Assembly: GCA_964357395.1 (NCBI GenBank)
Contig: CAYHLC010000001.1
Span: 119,599 to 183,598, forward strand
Reading direction: 5' to 3'
DNA: 64,000 bases
DNA from: an uncultured Candidatus Saccharibacteria bacterium
GTDB lineage: Bacteria; Patescibacteriota; Minisyncoccia; Phycocordibacterales; Phycocordibacteraceae
Shown here: piece after piece, positions 18,712 through 27,251 of the stretch
How positions within the stretch are numbered: position 1 is the first letter of the stretch
How the letters are laid out: each line of letters opens with the position of its first letter
Notes under the pieces: model-generated
What the model was told of the DNA's origin: nothing
Databases searched by the model: none
Seen by the model: the letters and a program-made list of their open reading frames with translations, nothing else
Program-made: the position numbers and the translations under genes

Positions 18712-19764
18712 CTATCGCGAAGCGAGGCGTTGCGCACCCTCAGCTTTCAGTTCGTTGCCTGGCAGGCCGGCGCTGTGGCGGAGGTATGCGGCCATACCAA
18801 TCATTATCGAGTTATCGAGGTGGAGCTTGCCGGCAGGGTAGGCGAGGTGCACATCACTAAACTCAGCCGCGATAAGCTCCTCGAGTCCCCGCCGGATATC
18901 GCGGCTTGCAGAAACGCCACCACCAACTGCAAGAGTGCGCGCTCCTGTTTCCTCTAGGGCCTTCTTCGTCTTAGCAACTATGACATCGCGCGCAGCATCC
19001 TGGAACGCCTGTGCGACATGCTCCTTGTCCTCCTCCGTTAGCTGCTCCATCTTCTTCAGCTTGTAGAGCACCGCAGTCTTGAGGCCAGAGAAGGAGAAGT
19101 CGCACGAGTCCTCATGTATGAGTGGGCGAGGAAAGACGATGTCGTGCGTAGCGTTGCGCTCAGTCGCTTTCTTGTGTAGCGCCTCGATCTTTGGTCCACC
19201 TGGATACTCGAGTCCCAGCATGCGTGCCACCTTGTCGAACGCCTCGCCAACGGCATCGTCCTTGGTCTTGCCGATCAGCTCGTACTCGAACCACTTTTTC
19301 ATCAACACTAACTCGGTGTGTCCGCCTGATATCAGTAGGCCAAGGACGGGGAACTCTATATTACCGAGTGCGTAAGTGTCAGGGCCCCCAGTTACCATGC
19401 CGCTAACAATATGGCCCTCCATATGGTCGGTGCCATAGACAGGCACGCCCCACTCCTGCCCTAGCTTCTTTGCAAACTCGATGCCGGTCCAGAGTGCAGG
19501 CTCGAGGCCCGGCCCCTGTGTGACCGCTATCAGCTCCACTCCGTCTGCGGCCTTCCGCACTTGTTCCAATAATGTAGGCAAGTTCTTGATATGCTCGCGC
19601 TTGGCAAGGGTAGGGAACACGCCGCCATACTCGGCATGCAAGTGCGCTTGTGAGTACAGGGCGTCGCCAAGGACGGTAAAGGTGGCGCCGCTAGTATCGC
19701 CCGTACACTCGAGTACTGATATCGCAGTCTCGTCGCACGAGGTCTCGATGGATAGGATATTCAT
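18712..19764 (-). CDS. tsaD: tRNA N6-adenosine threonylcarbamoyltransferase
   Basis: IETSCDET, HMEGH, SGGHT, DDAVGEAFDKVAR, FSFSGLKT. Confidence 0.97.
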   Translation of the reverse strand: MNILSIETSCDETAISVLECTGDTSGATFTVLGDALYSQAHLHAEYGGVFPTLAKREHIKNLPTLLEQVRKAADGVELIAVTQGPGLEPALWTGIEFAKKLGQEWGVPVYGTDHMEGHIVSGMVTGGPDTYALGNIEFPVLGLLISGGHTELVLMKKWFEYELIGKTKDDAVGEAFDKVARMLGLEYPGGPKIEALHKKATERNATHDIVFPRPLIHEDSCDFSFSGLKTAVLYKLKKMEQLTEEDKEHVAQAFQDAARDVIVAKTKKALEETGARTLAVGGGVSASRDIRRGLEELIAAEFSDVHLAYPAGKLHLDNSIMIGMAAYLRHSAGLPGNELKAEGAQRLASR

Positions 19765-19794
19765 CTGTGGTACTGTGAGTCTAGCAAAAATCGT

Positions 19795-20349
19795 ATGAAT
19801 CAGCGAGACGACCTACTAGTGTGGATGGACCTTGAGATGACCTCGCTCCTCGACCCAAACATCGACACTATTACCGAAGTTGCAGCCATAATTACAGACA
19901 AGGACCTAAACATTGTTGCGGAAGGGGAGCCGGTCGTAATTAAGGCGGACATGACCCGCTTCGACCAGATCCCTGCAGACGTGCTCGCTATACACCAAAA
20001 GTCGGGAATCATCGAGCGAGTACGCGAGAGCACTACCACAATGGCAGAGGCAGAGGAGCAGGTACTCGCATTCGTATCGCAGTACTGCACGCCGGGGAGT
20101 GCGCCACTCTGTGGCAACTCGATGACACTGGACCGCACCTTTATGCGGCTGCAAATGCCAAAGTTCTACGGCTACCTGCACTATCGCAATATTGATGTAA
20201 CGGCGATCAAGGAGTTGGCACGCCGTTGGCGACCAGAGCTGTACGAGGAGGCGCAGAAGATGAAAGAGGGCAAGACCCATCGCGCCCTCGACGACGTCCG
20301 TGGCTCGATAGCCGAACTCAAGTTCTACCGCGACAACTGGCTTAAATAA
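19795..20349 (+). CDS. orn: Oligoribonuclease
   Basis: LVWMDLEMT, PLCGNS, LHYRNIDV, HRALDD. Confidence 0.95.
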   Translation: MNQRDDLLVWMDLEMTSLLDPNIDTITEVAAIITDKDLNIVAEGEPVVIKADMTRFDQIPADVLAIHQKSGIIERVRESTTTMAEAEEQVLAFVSQYCTPGSAPLCGNSMTLDRTFMRLQMPKFYGYLHYRNIDVTAIKELARRWRPELYEEAQKMKEGKTHRALDDVRGSIAELKFYRDNWLK

Positions 20350-20379
20350 GAAAAGCCGGCTTCCGCCGGCTGTATCGGG

Positions 20380-20452
20380 TGGGCGATACAAGACTCGAAC
20401 TTGTAACCCTCTCAACGTCAATGAGATGCTCTACCAATTGAGCTAATCGCCC
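20380..20452 (-). tRNA. tRNA-Val(GAC)
   Basis: GGGCGAT/ATCGCCC-A, TCTCA-TTGACGT-TGAGA. Confidence 0.93.
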
Positions 20453-20508
20453 AAATACCGGCTTATTTTTGCACTATTTAGGGCTACTGGCAATGCTGCA
20501 TAACCCAC

Positions 20509-20537
20509 TTGACCTCTGAATATGAAGGACGTATGAT
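20509..20537 (+). promoter_or_regulatory. Sigma70-type promoter
   Basis: TTGACC-17 nt-TATGAT. Confidence 0.65.
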
Positions 20538-20630
20538 CCCTTAATGCCTTGATTAAGAAGCAAGGTATCTCTGAAAGAAGGTCTCTTTCTAGGAAAGGGG
20601 AATTCTCTTGGGGGTTGTAATCAAAAAGAT

Positions 20631-20750
20631 ATGGGATTTGACGGTTCAGGATTTGAGGCGACATCGTACAACGAAGATGCCGGTTGCCCTGCTTGCAGTG
20701 GCGAAAAGGCTCCTCATAGCGACGGCTGCGCGTTCAAGAAGAAAAGATAG
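20631..20750 (+). CDS. 39-aa CxxC...HxxxC metal-binding microprotein
   Basis: MGFDGSGFEATSYNEDAGCPACSGEKAPHSDGCAFKKKR, between promoter and terminator (20754-20776). Confidence 0.6.
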   Translation: MGFDGSGFEATSYNEDAGCPACSGEKAPHSDGCAFKKKR

Positions 20751-20828
20751 TCCAAAGGCCCCGAAAGGGGCTTTTTGTTATATACCCCATGAGATGACGC
20801 AGGCTATCTCACGGGGTATACTCCCCAA

Positions 20829-21374
20829 ATGATCTGGCTGTATCCAACTGATACGCTTTTTGGGCTTGGGGCCGATGCTACGGACCCGGCTGCTATCGCT
20901 GTGCTCCGCGAGCTGAAGGGGAGCCCGGGAGAAAAGCACATTTCGATAGTAGTCGCCGACCTAGCAATGATGCGGCAGTATGCGGAAGTAACTCCGCTAG
21001 CGGAAAAGCTGGCTGCTGCGTTCCTACCTGGCAAGCTGACACTCGTACTGAACGCTAAGAACTTGCCGAAGGACCTGTCGGAAGATGGCACTATCGGCAT
21101 ACGCATTCCGAACCACCCGGTGCCGCTCGCGCTGGTGCGCAAGCTCGGCAAGCCCATTACGGCGACGTCGGCTAACGTTTCGGGGCAGCCGTGCATGATG
21201 AGCGTGCCGGAGATACACGACCAGTTTGGAGACAAGTACTACCTACTCAAGCGCGAGGACGAGTGGCCGATGTGGCTACCACCATCCGCCCCCTCAACTG
21301 TTGTGGACGCCCGTGGTGACACCCCAATTGTGATCAGAGAGGGCGCGATCACTACTCAGCAAATATTCTTCTAG
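20829..21374 (+). CDS. tsaC: L-threonylcarbamoyladenylate synthase (TsaC/Sua5/YrdC)
   Basis: YPTDTLFGLG, FLPGKLTLVL, IGIRIP, ITATSANVSG, PSTVVD. Confidence 0.92.
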   Translation: MIWLYPTDTLFGLGADATDPAAIAVLRELKGSPGEKHISIVVADLAMMRQYAEVTPLAEKLAAAFLPGKLTLVLNAKNLPKDLSEDGTIGIRIPNHPVPLALVRKLGKPITATSANVSGQPCMMSVPEIHDQFGDKYYLLKREDEWPMWLPPSAPSTVVDARGDTPIVIREGAITTQQIFF

Positions 21375-21445
21375 ATATTATAAGCTACGATCGTACATAA
21401 TAATGTCGAGCTTGTGTAGTGGGGGTGGTGACGTAGAATAGGGGA

Positions 21446-22126
21446 ATGAAACTCACTCTGATCGGCAAACGCGTTGAGGCGGAGGCGGTAACGTCGTTTG
21501 TTTGGCAGCCAGAGGTACCACTCGCGTGGGAGGCGGGGCAGTATCTAGAGTACACGCTCCCGCACGAGAATCCGGACGAGCGGGGGATACAACGCTGGTT
21601 CACCATCGCGTCCGCGCCATACGAGGGCACGCCAATGATCACTACCCGGGTAGCACCCGATAGGAGTAGCACCTTCAAGGTCGCTTTGCAGACGCTCGAG
21701 CCGGGAGCGACTATTGAAGTCGACGCCCCTGAGGGGGACTTTGTGCTCGGCGATCCGACTGCCGAATACGTTTTCATTGCTGGCGGTATCGGCGTTACCC
21801 CATTCCACTCGATACTGAAAGAAGCCGATCATGCCGGGACAAGGTTGAAGGTCACACTGCTCTATGCCAACCGCAGCGCCGATGTTCCGTTCGGGGCGGA
21901 GCTCGACTCGTTTGCTGCGCACAACTCAAACTTGAAGATCATATACCTCACCGACCCCGAGCGGATAGACGAGTTGTCGATCAGGAAGTATGTGCCGAAC
22001 CTCGCGTCCTCCATGCTCTATGTATCTGGTCCAGAGAAGATGGTAAAGGGCATAGCGGCCGAATTGGTACGGCTCGGCGCGACAGAAGGAAATATCAAGA
22101 TGGACGACTTCCCAGGGTACGACTAG
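21446..22126 (+). CDS. FAD/NAD(P)-binding oxidoreductase (FNR superfamily)
   Basis: AGQY, RWFTIASAP, FIAGGIGVTPF, YVSGP. Confidence 0.9.
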   Translation: MKLTLIGKRVEAEAVTSFVWQPEVPLAWEAGQYLEYTLPHENPDERGIQRWFTIASAPYEGTPMITTRVAPDRSSTFKVALQTLEPGATIEVDAPEGDFVLGDPTAEYVFIAGGIGVTPFHSILKEADHAGTRLKVTLLYANRSADVPFGAELDSFAAHNSNLKIIYLTDPERIDELSIRKYVPNLASSMLYVSGPEKMVKGIAAELVRLGATEGNIKMDDFPGYD

Positions 22127-22145
22127 CCAAAGCTGCAATGTGGTG

Positions 22146-22277
22146 TATACTAGCTGCAGCTCTGGTCCTATAACCCTAGGACTGACTGTTCAGAGATTGC
22201 GAGAGGGGATACCCTCCGAAAAACCCGTCAGGGGTCAGTCTTTGTATGTCAGAATTAGGACTTGGCCCGAGTTATAT
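22146..22277 (+). promoter_or_regulatory. -10 box plus structured 5' leader of ABC exporter
   Basis: TATACT 22146; hairpins with mutually exclusive pairings. Confidence 0.45.
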
Positions 22278-24047
22278 ATGCAGATACATAACATACCAAG
22301 AGCACCACTCCGCTTCGCACTACACGTTTCGAAGCCTTTTTGGCCGTGGGCACTACTGACGATTGCTTTTGGTGTGATCGCTGGCACCATGGACACGGCG
22401 ACGTACTACGTATTTAAGCAATTGGTCGACACCGCAGAGGCGTACACCCTCGGCGCTAGTGTCCAGTCAGTGATGCTCTTTTGGGTGCTGATATATGCAG
22501 TCACGGCTGTCGGGCACAACTTTATGTGGAGAGTCTCAGGCCTCTCGGCCATGCAATGGTTTACTGGCTCACGTAAGTACTCGACCGATCTGCTGTACCG
22601 CTACCTTGCCGAGCACTCGACGCCCTACTTCAACAACCGCTTTGCTGGCTCGATTGCCAACAAGATCGCAAACGCCTCGGGCGGTGTGCAGGGTTTGTAC
22701 GAGACCATCATGTGGAGTTACCTAAACGTCGCGATCGCGATCACCGGTGCCACATACCTGATCCTAACAGTAAGCCAGACATTGGCAGGAATATTTATTG
22801 GTTGGATAGTGCTCCTCCTTGTTGCCAACTACTTCCTGTCAAAGAGGACTACACTCTATTCCGAGCGCCGCGCAGAAGTAAAGTCGAGGGTCAATGGAAT
22901 GGTGGTCGACATCATCACCAACATGCGTGCAGTCAAGAGCTTTGCACAGGGACAGGAAGAAATTGCGAGAGTGGAGGGGGGAACAGAGGAGATCAAGCGT
23001 GCCACCATCCTTAGTTGGTTTTATGGCGACATGCTACTTGTGTTTAACGCGGTGGTGATGGGCCTCTTTGCCGTTAGCATGATCGCGGGCGCGTGGTACC
23101 TGTGGAGCATCAGCATGATGTCGACTGGCGAGTTTGTGATGATCCTTACGATATTGAACGGAATTATCGGCTGGTTTACTCACATTGGACAATCAATGCG
23201 TGCGTTTGCCGAGCGGTATGGCGAGGTGGAGGAGGGGCTCGACGAGATCCTCGTTCCGCACGAGATAGTGGACGCGGAGGGCGCCAAGGATCTGACACTC
23301 GAGAAGGGCGACGTCGTCTTCGATAATGTCACCTTCAAGTACACTACGCAGAACGTGTTTGAGGACTTCAACCTTACCATTCCTGCGGGACAGCGCGTAG
23401 GCATCGTCGGTCCATCGGGCGCTGGCAAGACCTCGCTCGTTGCACTCTTGATGCGCCAGCACGATGTGAACGTCGCGGGGCGGATCACCGTAAGCGGGCA
23501 GGACATACGTGACCTAACCCAGGACTCGCTGCACGAGGCCATAGCCCTCGTGCCGCAGGAGCCGAACCTCTTCCACCGCTCGATACGCGACAACATCGCC
23601 TATGGTCGCCCAGACGCGACCGATGAGCAGGTGCATGAGGCAGCACGTAAGGCGCAGGCGCACGAGTTCATTATGGCTCTGCCGGATGGATACAAGACGT
23701 TGGTGGGCGAGCGCGGCATCAAGCTCTCTGGCGGACAGCGCCAGAGGGTGGCTATTGCTCGCGCGATACTGAAGGCCGCACCGTTCCTGATACTCGACGA
23801 GGCAACATCATCATTGGACTCCGAGTCAGAGGCAGAGATCCAGACAGCCCTCCACGAGCTGATGCAGGGGAAGACGGTGATCGCTATCGCGCACCGCCTC
23901 TCGACGATCAAGGAGATGGATCGTATCGTGGTCATGGACGGCGGCGCCATTACTGAGGACGGCACACACGCTGAGCTCGTTGGTATTAAGGACGGGCTCT
24001 ATGCCCGCCTCTGGACCCACCAAGCTGGCGGCTTCCTCGAAGACTAA
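22278..24047 (+). CDS. ABC exporter, fused TMD-NBD
   Basis: TM domain, GPSGAGKT, LSGGQRQR, ILDEATS, IAHRLST. Confidence 0.95.
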   Translation: MQIHNIPRAPLRFALHVSKPFWPWALLTIAFGVIAGTMDTATYYVFKQLVDTAEAYTLGASVQSVMLFWVLIYAVTAVGHNFMWRVSGLSAMQWFTGSRKYSTDLLYRYLAEHSTPYFNNRFAGSIANKIANASGGVQGLYETIMWSYLNVAIAITGATYLILTVSQTLAGIFIGWIVLLLVANYFLSKRTTLYSERRAEVKSRVNGMVVDIITNMRAVKSFAQGQEEIARVEGGTEEIKRATILSWFYGDMLLVFNAVVMGLFAVSMIAGAWYLWSISMMSTGEFVMILTILNGIIGWFTHIGQSMRAFAERYGEVEEGLDEILVPHEIVDAEGAKDLTLEKGDVVFDNVTFKYTTQNVFEDFNLTIPAGQRVGIVGPSGAGKTSLVALLMRQHDVNVAGRITVSGQDIRDLTQDSLHEAIALVPQEPNLFHRSIRDNIAYGRPDATDEQVHEAARKAQAHEFIMALPDGYKTLVGERGIKLSGGQRQRVAIARAILKAAPFLILDEATSSLDSESEAEIQTALHELMQGKTVIAIAHRLSTIKEMDRIVVMDGGAITEDGTHAELVGIKDGLYARLWTHQAGGFLED

Positions 24048-24066
24048 GCACAAATACTGCTCAGGA

Positions 24067-24423
24067 TTACTCTTGCTGCTTATCAAGCTTTGCAGCAGCT
24101 TCTGGTGTGGACACCGTTTTGCTCATGAGCAGTAGCTGCACAATTGCGTATGCAACGAGCAAATACACAAACATTGCAAGCAATGTTGTCCACTCGAAAA
24201 TGCTGCCCTGCACCACAGTTCTCGGAAACACCGCAAGAAACGGTGCCGTGAAGGGCCACGTGAGGCTATAGACGAGGCTCGTGAATCCCGCGTCCGCATT
24301 TGCTGCCATAAGCTTTAGCACAAAGCGGAAGGCGAGGAGTGCCTCAATCAAAGAGAGCAGATACCATACGATCTGAGTCCCCTTGAAAAGTGGTTTTGTG
24401 GTCGGCGAGTTGTAGGAATCCAT
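24067..24423 (-). CDS. YggT-like membrane protein
   Basis: LLAFRFVLKLMAAN..AGFTSLVYSLTWPFTAPF. Confidence 0.8.
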   Translation of the reverse strand: MDSYNSPTTKPLFKGTQIVWYLLSLIEALLAFRFVLKLMAANADAGFTSLVYSLTWPFTAPFLAVFPRTVVQGSIFEWTTLLAMFVYLLVAYAIVQLLLMSKTVSTPEAAAKLDKQQE

Positions 24424-24444
24424 GAATGAGTGTGAATTGGTAAC

Positions 24445-24696
24445 TTATGAGCGACGAACCGCTTTTACAATTGCGATAAGTACGCACGCGCCAAGGATTG
24501 CAACTAAGAGGCTGTATAGGTCAAACCCTTGCACACCACTCTCGCCCACAATACTCATGAGCCATCCTCCAACAACCGCACCAACAACGCCAACGACGAC
24601 ATTCAAGACTGCGCCCTGCTCTGCGTCAGTCTTCATAATCATTGAGGCAATCCATCCAACCAATGCACCAAATACAATCCAAAGTATGAGTCCCAT
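24445..24696 (-). CDS. GlsB/YeaQ/YmgE (transglycosylase-associated) stress membrane protein
   Basis: WIVFGALVGWIASMIM...NVVVGVVGAVVGG. Confidence 0.92.
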   Translation of the reverse strand: MGLILWIVFGALVGWIASMIMKTDAEQGAVLNVVVGVVGAVVGGWLMSIVGESGVQGFDLYSLLVAILGACVLIAIVKAVRRS

Positions 24697-24701
24697 AGAG
24701 T

Positions 24702-25769
24702 TTATTTAGTTTTAAATGTTATACGGTCGCCGCGAACAACGCCTGTTGCGTTTTGGACTATCAGTCGAGCATAGTACGTGGTATTTGGCGTCAGGCCTGT
24801 AACCGGTGCGCTAACAGTTGCGGTGCTCTGTGTGCCCGCAGCCGGTAGGTGTGCAGTTTCATTGAGGAGTGATGCTACAAAGTTTGCGTCAGTACTATAC
24901 TCGAACCAGTACGTAACGGCCGCACCGTTTGGAGTTACCGTACCGCGGAGTGTGGCGCTCGTCCCTGTAACCACAGTAGCTGAGCCTGTGTTAGCTCCAG
25001 GCGCAGATGCTGCTTGCGGCCCAAGGGTTCTAAAGGTAAGTATCGAGCCGTTTACTGTGCCGAATTGATTTTGTGTGTTAATGCGGAAGTGATACGTGGT
25101 CAGTGGCTGTAGATTTGAGAGTGACTGTGATGCTGGGACTTTTGCCACGCCATCCCCGACTGGCACAAACGGGGTCGTGTTTCCTAACGCTGCGGTGGTG
25201 CCGTACTCAAACCAGTACTGCGTTGCGGCACTGTTCGGTGTCACTTCGCCACTCAAATTTGCGGTCATCCTGGTAATGTCAGAAGCGGCAAGCGTCTTGG
25301 TGGTTGGTGCTGAACCAACTGGTGCTGGGTTGTCATGTGTGGTGACAAATGTCCGTATGGTACCTGCAGTGTCGCCGTGCTGATTGGATGCCACGACTCG
25401 GGAGTGATACGTTGTGTCTTTTGTGAGCCCGGCAATAAATGCAGGGGAGGGGATGCTTGTGTAACCGGAACCGAGGTTCTGTGTCGTTGTTTTGCTTCCC
25501 AATGAGGCAGATGTGCCGTATTCATACCAATAGCTGGTAAGGGCGCCGTTTGGTGTAATACTGCCCGTCACGACAGCAGCAGTGTCTGATGGTACTGCAA
25601 GCGAGTCAGTAGTGGCAACCGGTGCCCCCGGAGTAAACTCCTCCGTGTTGACCCCCGTTGGAGTGGAGGTTGCAGTCTGCGACGTCGTGTCTACCGTCGT
25701 GGCGTAGTAGGCGAGTCCAGCGAGTAAGACGATGACGATTCCAATAATTATTACTGTGTTTTGGTTCAT
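24702..25769 (-). CDS. Surface protein with three fibronectin-III-like repeats
   Basis: N-terminal TM then 3x (G.VTPNG....YW(Y/F)EY.T ... L.P.TTY..R...QN..G). Confidence 0.8.
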   Translation of the reverse strand: MNQNTVIIIGIVIVLLAGLAYYATTVDTTSQTATSTPTGVNTEEFTPGAPVATTDSLAVPSDTAAVVTGSITPNGALTSYWYEYGTSASLGSKTTTQNLGSGYTSIPSPAFIAGLTKDTTYHSRVVASNQHGDTAGTIRTFVTTHDNPAPVGSAPTTKTLAASDITRMTANLSGEVTPNSAATQYWFEYGTTAALGNTTPFVPVGDGVAKVPASQSLSNLQPLTTYHFRINTQNQFGTVNGSILTFRTLGPQAASAPGANTGSATVVTGTSATLRGTVTPNGAAVTYWFEYSTDANFVASLLNETAHLPAAGTQSTATVSAPVTGLTPNTTYYARLIVQNATGVVRGDRITFKTK

Positions 25770-25886
25770 GACAAAATGATTATTAAAAGGCTAAATACCT
25801 TAAAGTCTAATCATAGAGGTATTGCCATGAAAGCCACATGAAGCTCCTTCATGAAGGCCTAAAACAAAGATTAATTAATTTGGGTG

Positions 25887-26255
25887 TTATTTCCGCAAGA
25901 TCTTGTCCATCGTGCGGCCGCGAGCGAGCTCGTCAACCAGCTTGTCCATATAGCGGATGGCCTGCATCGTAGGCTCCTTGATATCCTCCACCCGTACGCC
26001 GCAGATAAGGCCCGTAACTAGCCTCCGTTTCGGATTCAGCTTAGGCGCCTTCTTAAAGAATGTTTGGAGGTCCGTACCTTTCTTAATCTGCACCTCGAGC
26101 CCCTTTTGCGTATATCCAGTCAGCCAGCAGAGGACCTCGTCGAGCTCCTTCTTAGTCCTACCCTTCCTCTTAACCTTGGTCAGATACAGGCCATAGATCA
26201 GCGCAAAGCTGTATGCGTACACTCGCTCCAGAGTCTTCTTGCTTGCGGGCTTCAT
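25887..26255 (-). CDS. DUF2200 family protein
   Basis: KGRTKKELDEVLCWLTGY, ICGVRVEDI, IRYMDKLVDELARG. Confidence 0.88.
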   Translation of the reverse strand: MKPASKKTLERVYAYSFALIYGLYLTKVKRKGRTKKELDEVLCWLTGYTQKGLEVQIKKGTDLQTFFKKAPKLNPKRRLVTGLICGVRVEDIKEPTMQAIRYMDKLVDELARGRTMDKILRK

Positions 26256-26258
26256 GAC

Positions 26259-26741
26259 TTAGCCACGGCGGGCAGCCTCGATGGCTGCTATATCAATCTT
26301 CTGCATCTGCATCATCGCGTCGAAGGCGCGCTTGCCCTCCGCACCCCCAGCTGCAATAGCATCGGTTAGGGCACGCGGCGTTATCTGCCACGAGACTCCC
26401 CAGCGATCCTTACACCACCCGCACGCACTCTCTACGCCGCCGTTCCCAACAATTGCGTTCCAATACTTATCAGTCTCTTCCTGGTTATCAGTAGCGATCT
26501 GGAAGGAGAACGCCTCGCTCTGCTTAAAGGCGGTGCCGCCATTCAATCCGATGCAGGGGATACCAAAGACGGTGAACTCGACCGTGAGCACGTCGCCCTC
26601 CTTACCGTCGGGGAAGTCCGAAGGCGCCTTATAGATAGCCCCCACCTTACTATCAGGGAACGTAGCTGCATAGAACTCGGCTGCCGCCTGCGCATCTCTG
26701 TCATACCAAAGGCATATTGTGTTTTTTGGTTGTGTGTTCAT
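26259..26741 (-). CDS. VOC family protein (PhnB/3-dmu-9 3-mt-like)
   Basis: CLWYD...AAEFY, LNGG..F..SEAFSF, CGWCKDRWGVSWQI. Confidence 0.9.
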   Translation of the reverse strand: MNTQPKNTICLWYDRDAQAAAEFYAATFPDSKVGAIYKAPSDFPDGKEGDVLTVEFTVFGIPCIGLNGGTAFKQSEAFSFQIATDNQEETDKYWNAIVGNGGVESACGWCKDRWGVSWQITPRALTDAIAAGGAEGKRAFDAMMQMQKIDIAAIEAARRG

Positions 26742-26868
26742 GATAAGGAGCATTGTAACAAATCGTCTATGAAAATTGCCCCGAAGGGGCATTTTTCTGT
26801 GAGCGGCACCCTGCCGTGGCAGGTGCACTTGGATTTTCTAGAACGCTTCGCGTTAAGAAAAATCTCGG

Positions 26869-26955
26869 CGGAGAGGGAGGGATTCGAACCCTCGAAGAGG
26901 TTTCCCCCTTGCTGGTTTTCGAAACCAGTGCGTTCGACCACTCTGCCACCTCTCC
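26869..26955 (-). tRNA. tRNA-Ser(CGA)
   Basis: GGAGAGG/CCTCTCC-G, CTGGT-TTCGAAA-ACCAG, long variable arm. Confidence 0.95.
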
Positions 26956-27023
26956 AGGTTTTGCTCCGTGACGAACTGTTCGATTCTAGCATTTCGGGGC
27001 CAAAATGCTATATTTCCCACTGA

Positions 27024-27095
27024 GGCCCTATCGTCTAACGGTTAGGACACCAGCTTTTCAAGCTGAGAACCCGGGTTCGACTCCCGGTAGGGTCA
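27024..27095 (+). tRNA. tRNA-Glu(TTC)
   Basis: GGCCCTA/TAGGGTC-A, CAGC-TTTTCAA-GCTG, GTTCGACTC. Confidence 0.93.
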
Positions 27096-27251
27096 TGCAG
27101 ACAAACCAATCCCATCGCGGTGGAATAATCATGCAAATACTGCCTGGCATTACCTCCCCTCATATAGTTGAGCTACTATTAAGAAAGAGGTTACCTTGGG
27201 TGATCTGTCGTTTGAGTGGCGTCCCTCAGCGACATATAATGTACGCAGCAT

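Noticed and set aside
22140-22277. Track N-terminal extensions (also at 1146, 7155, 41796, 45178, 47858, 61550, 62132)
   Set aside because: They cross promoters, terminators, tRNAs or neighbouring genes; starts reassigned to downstream codons
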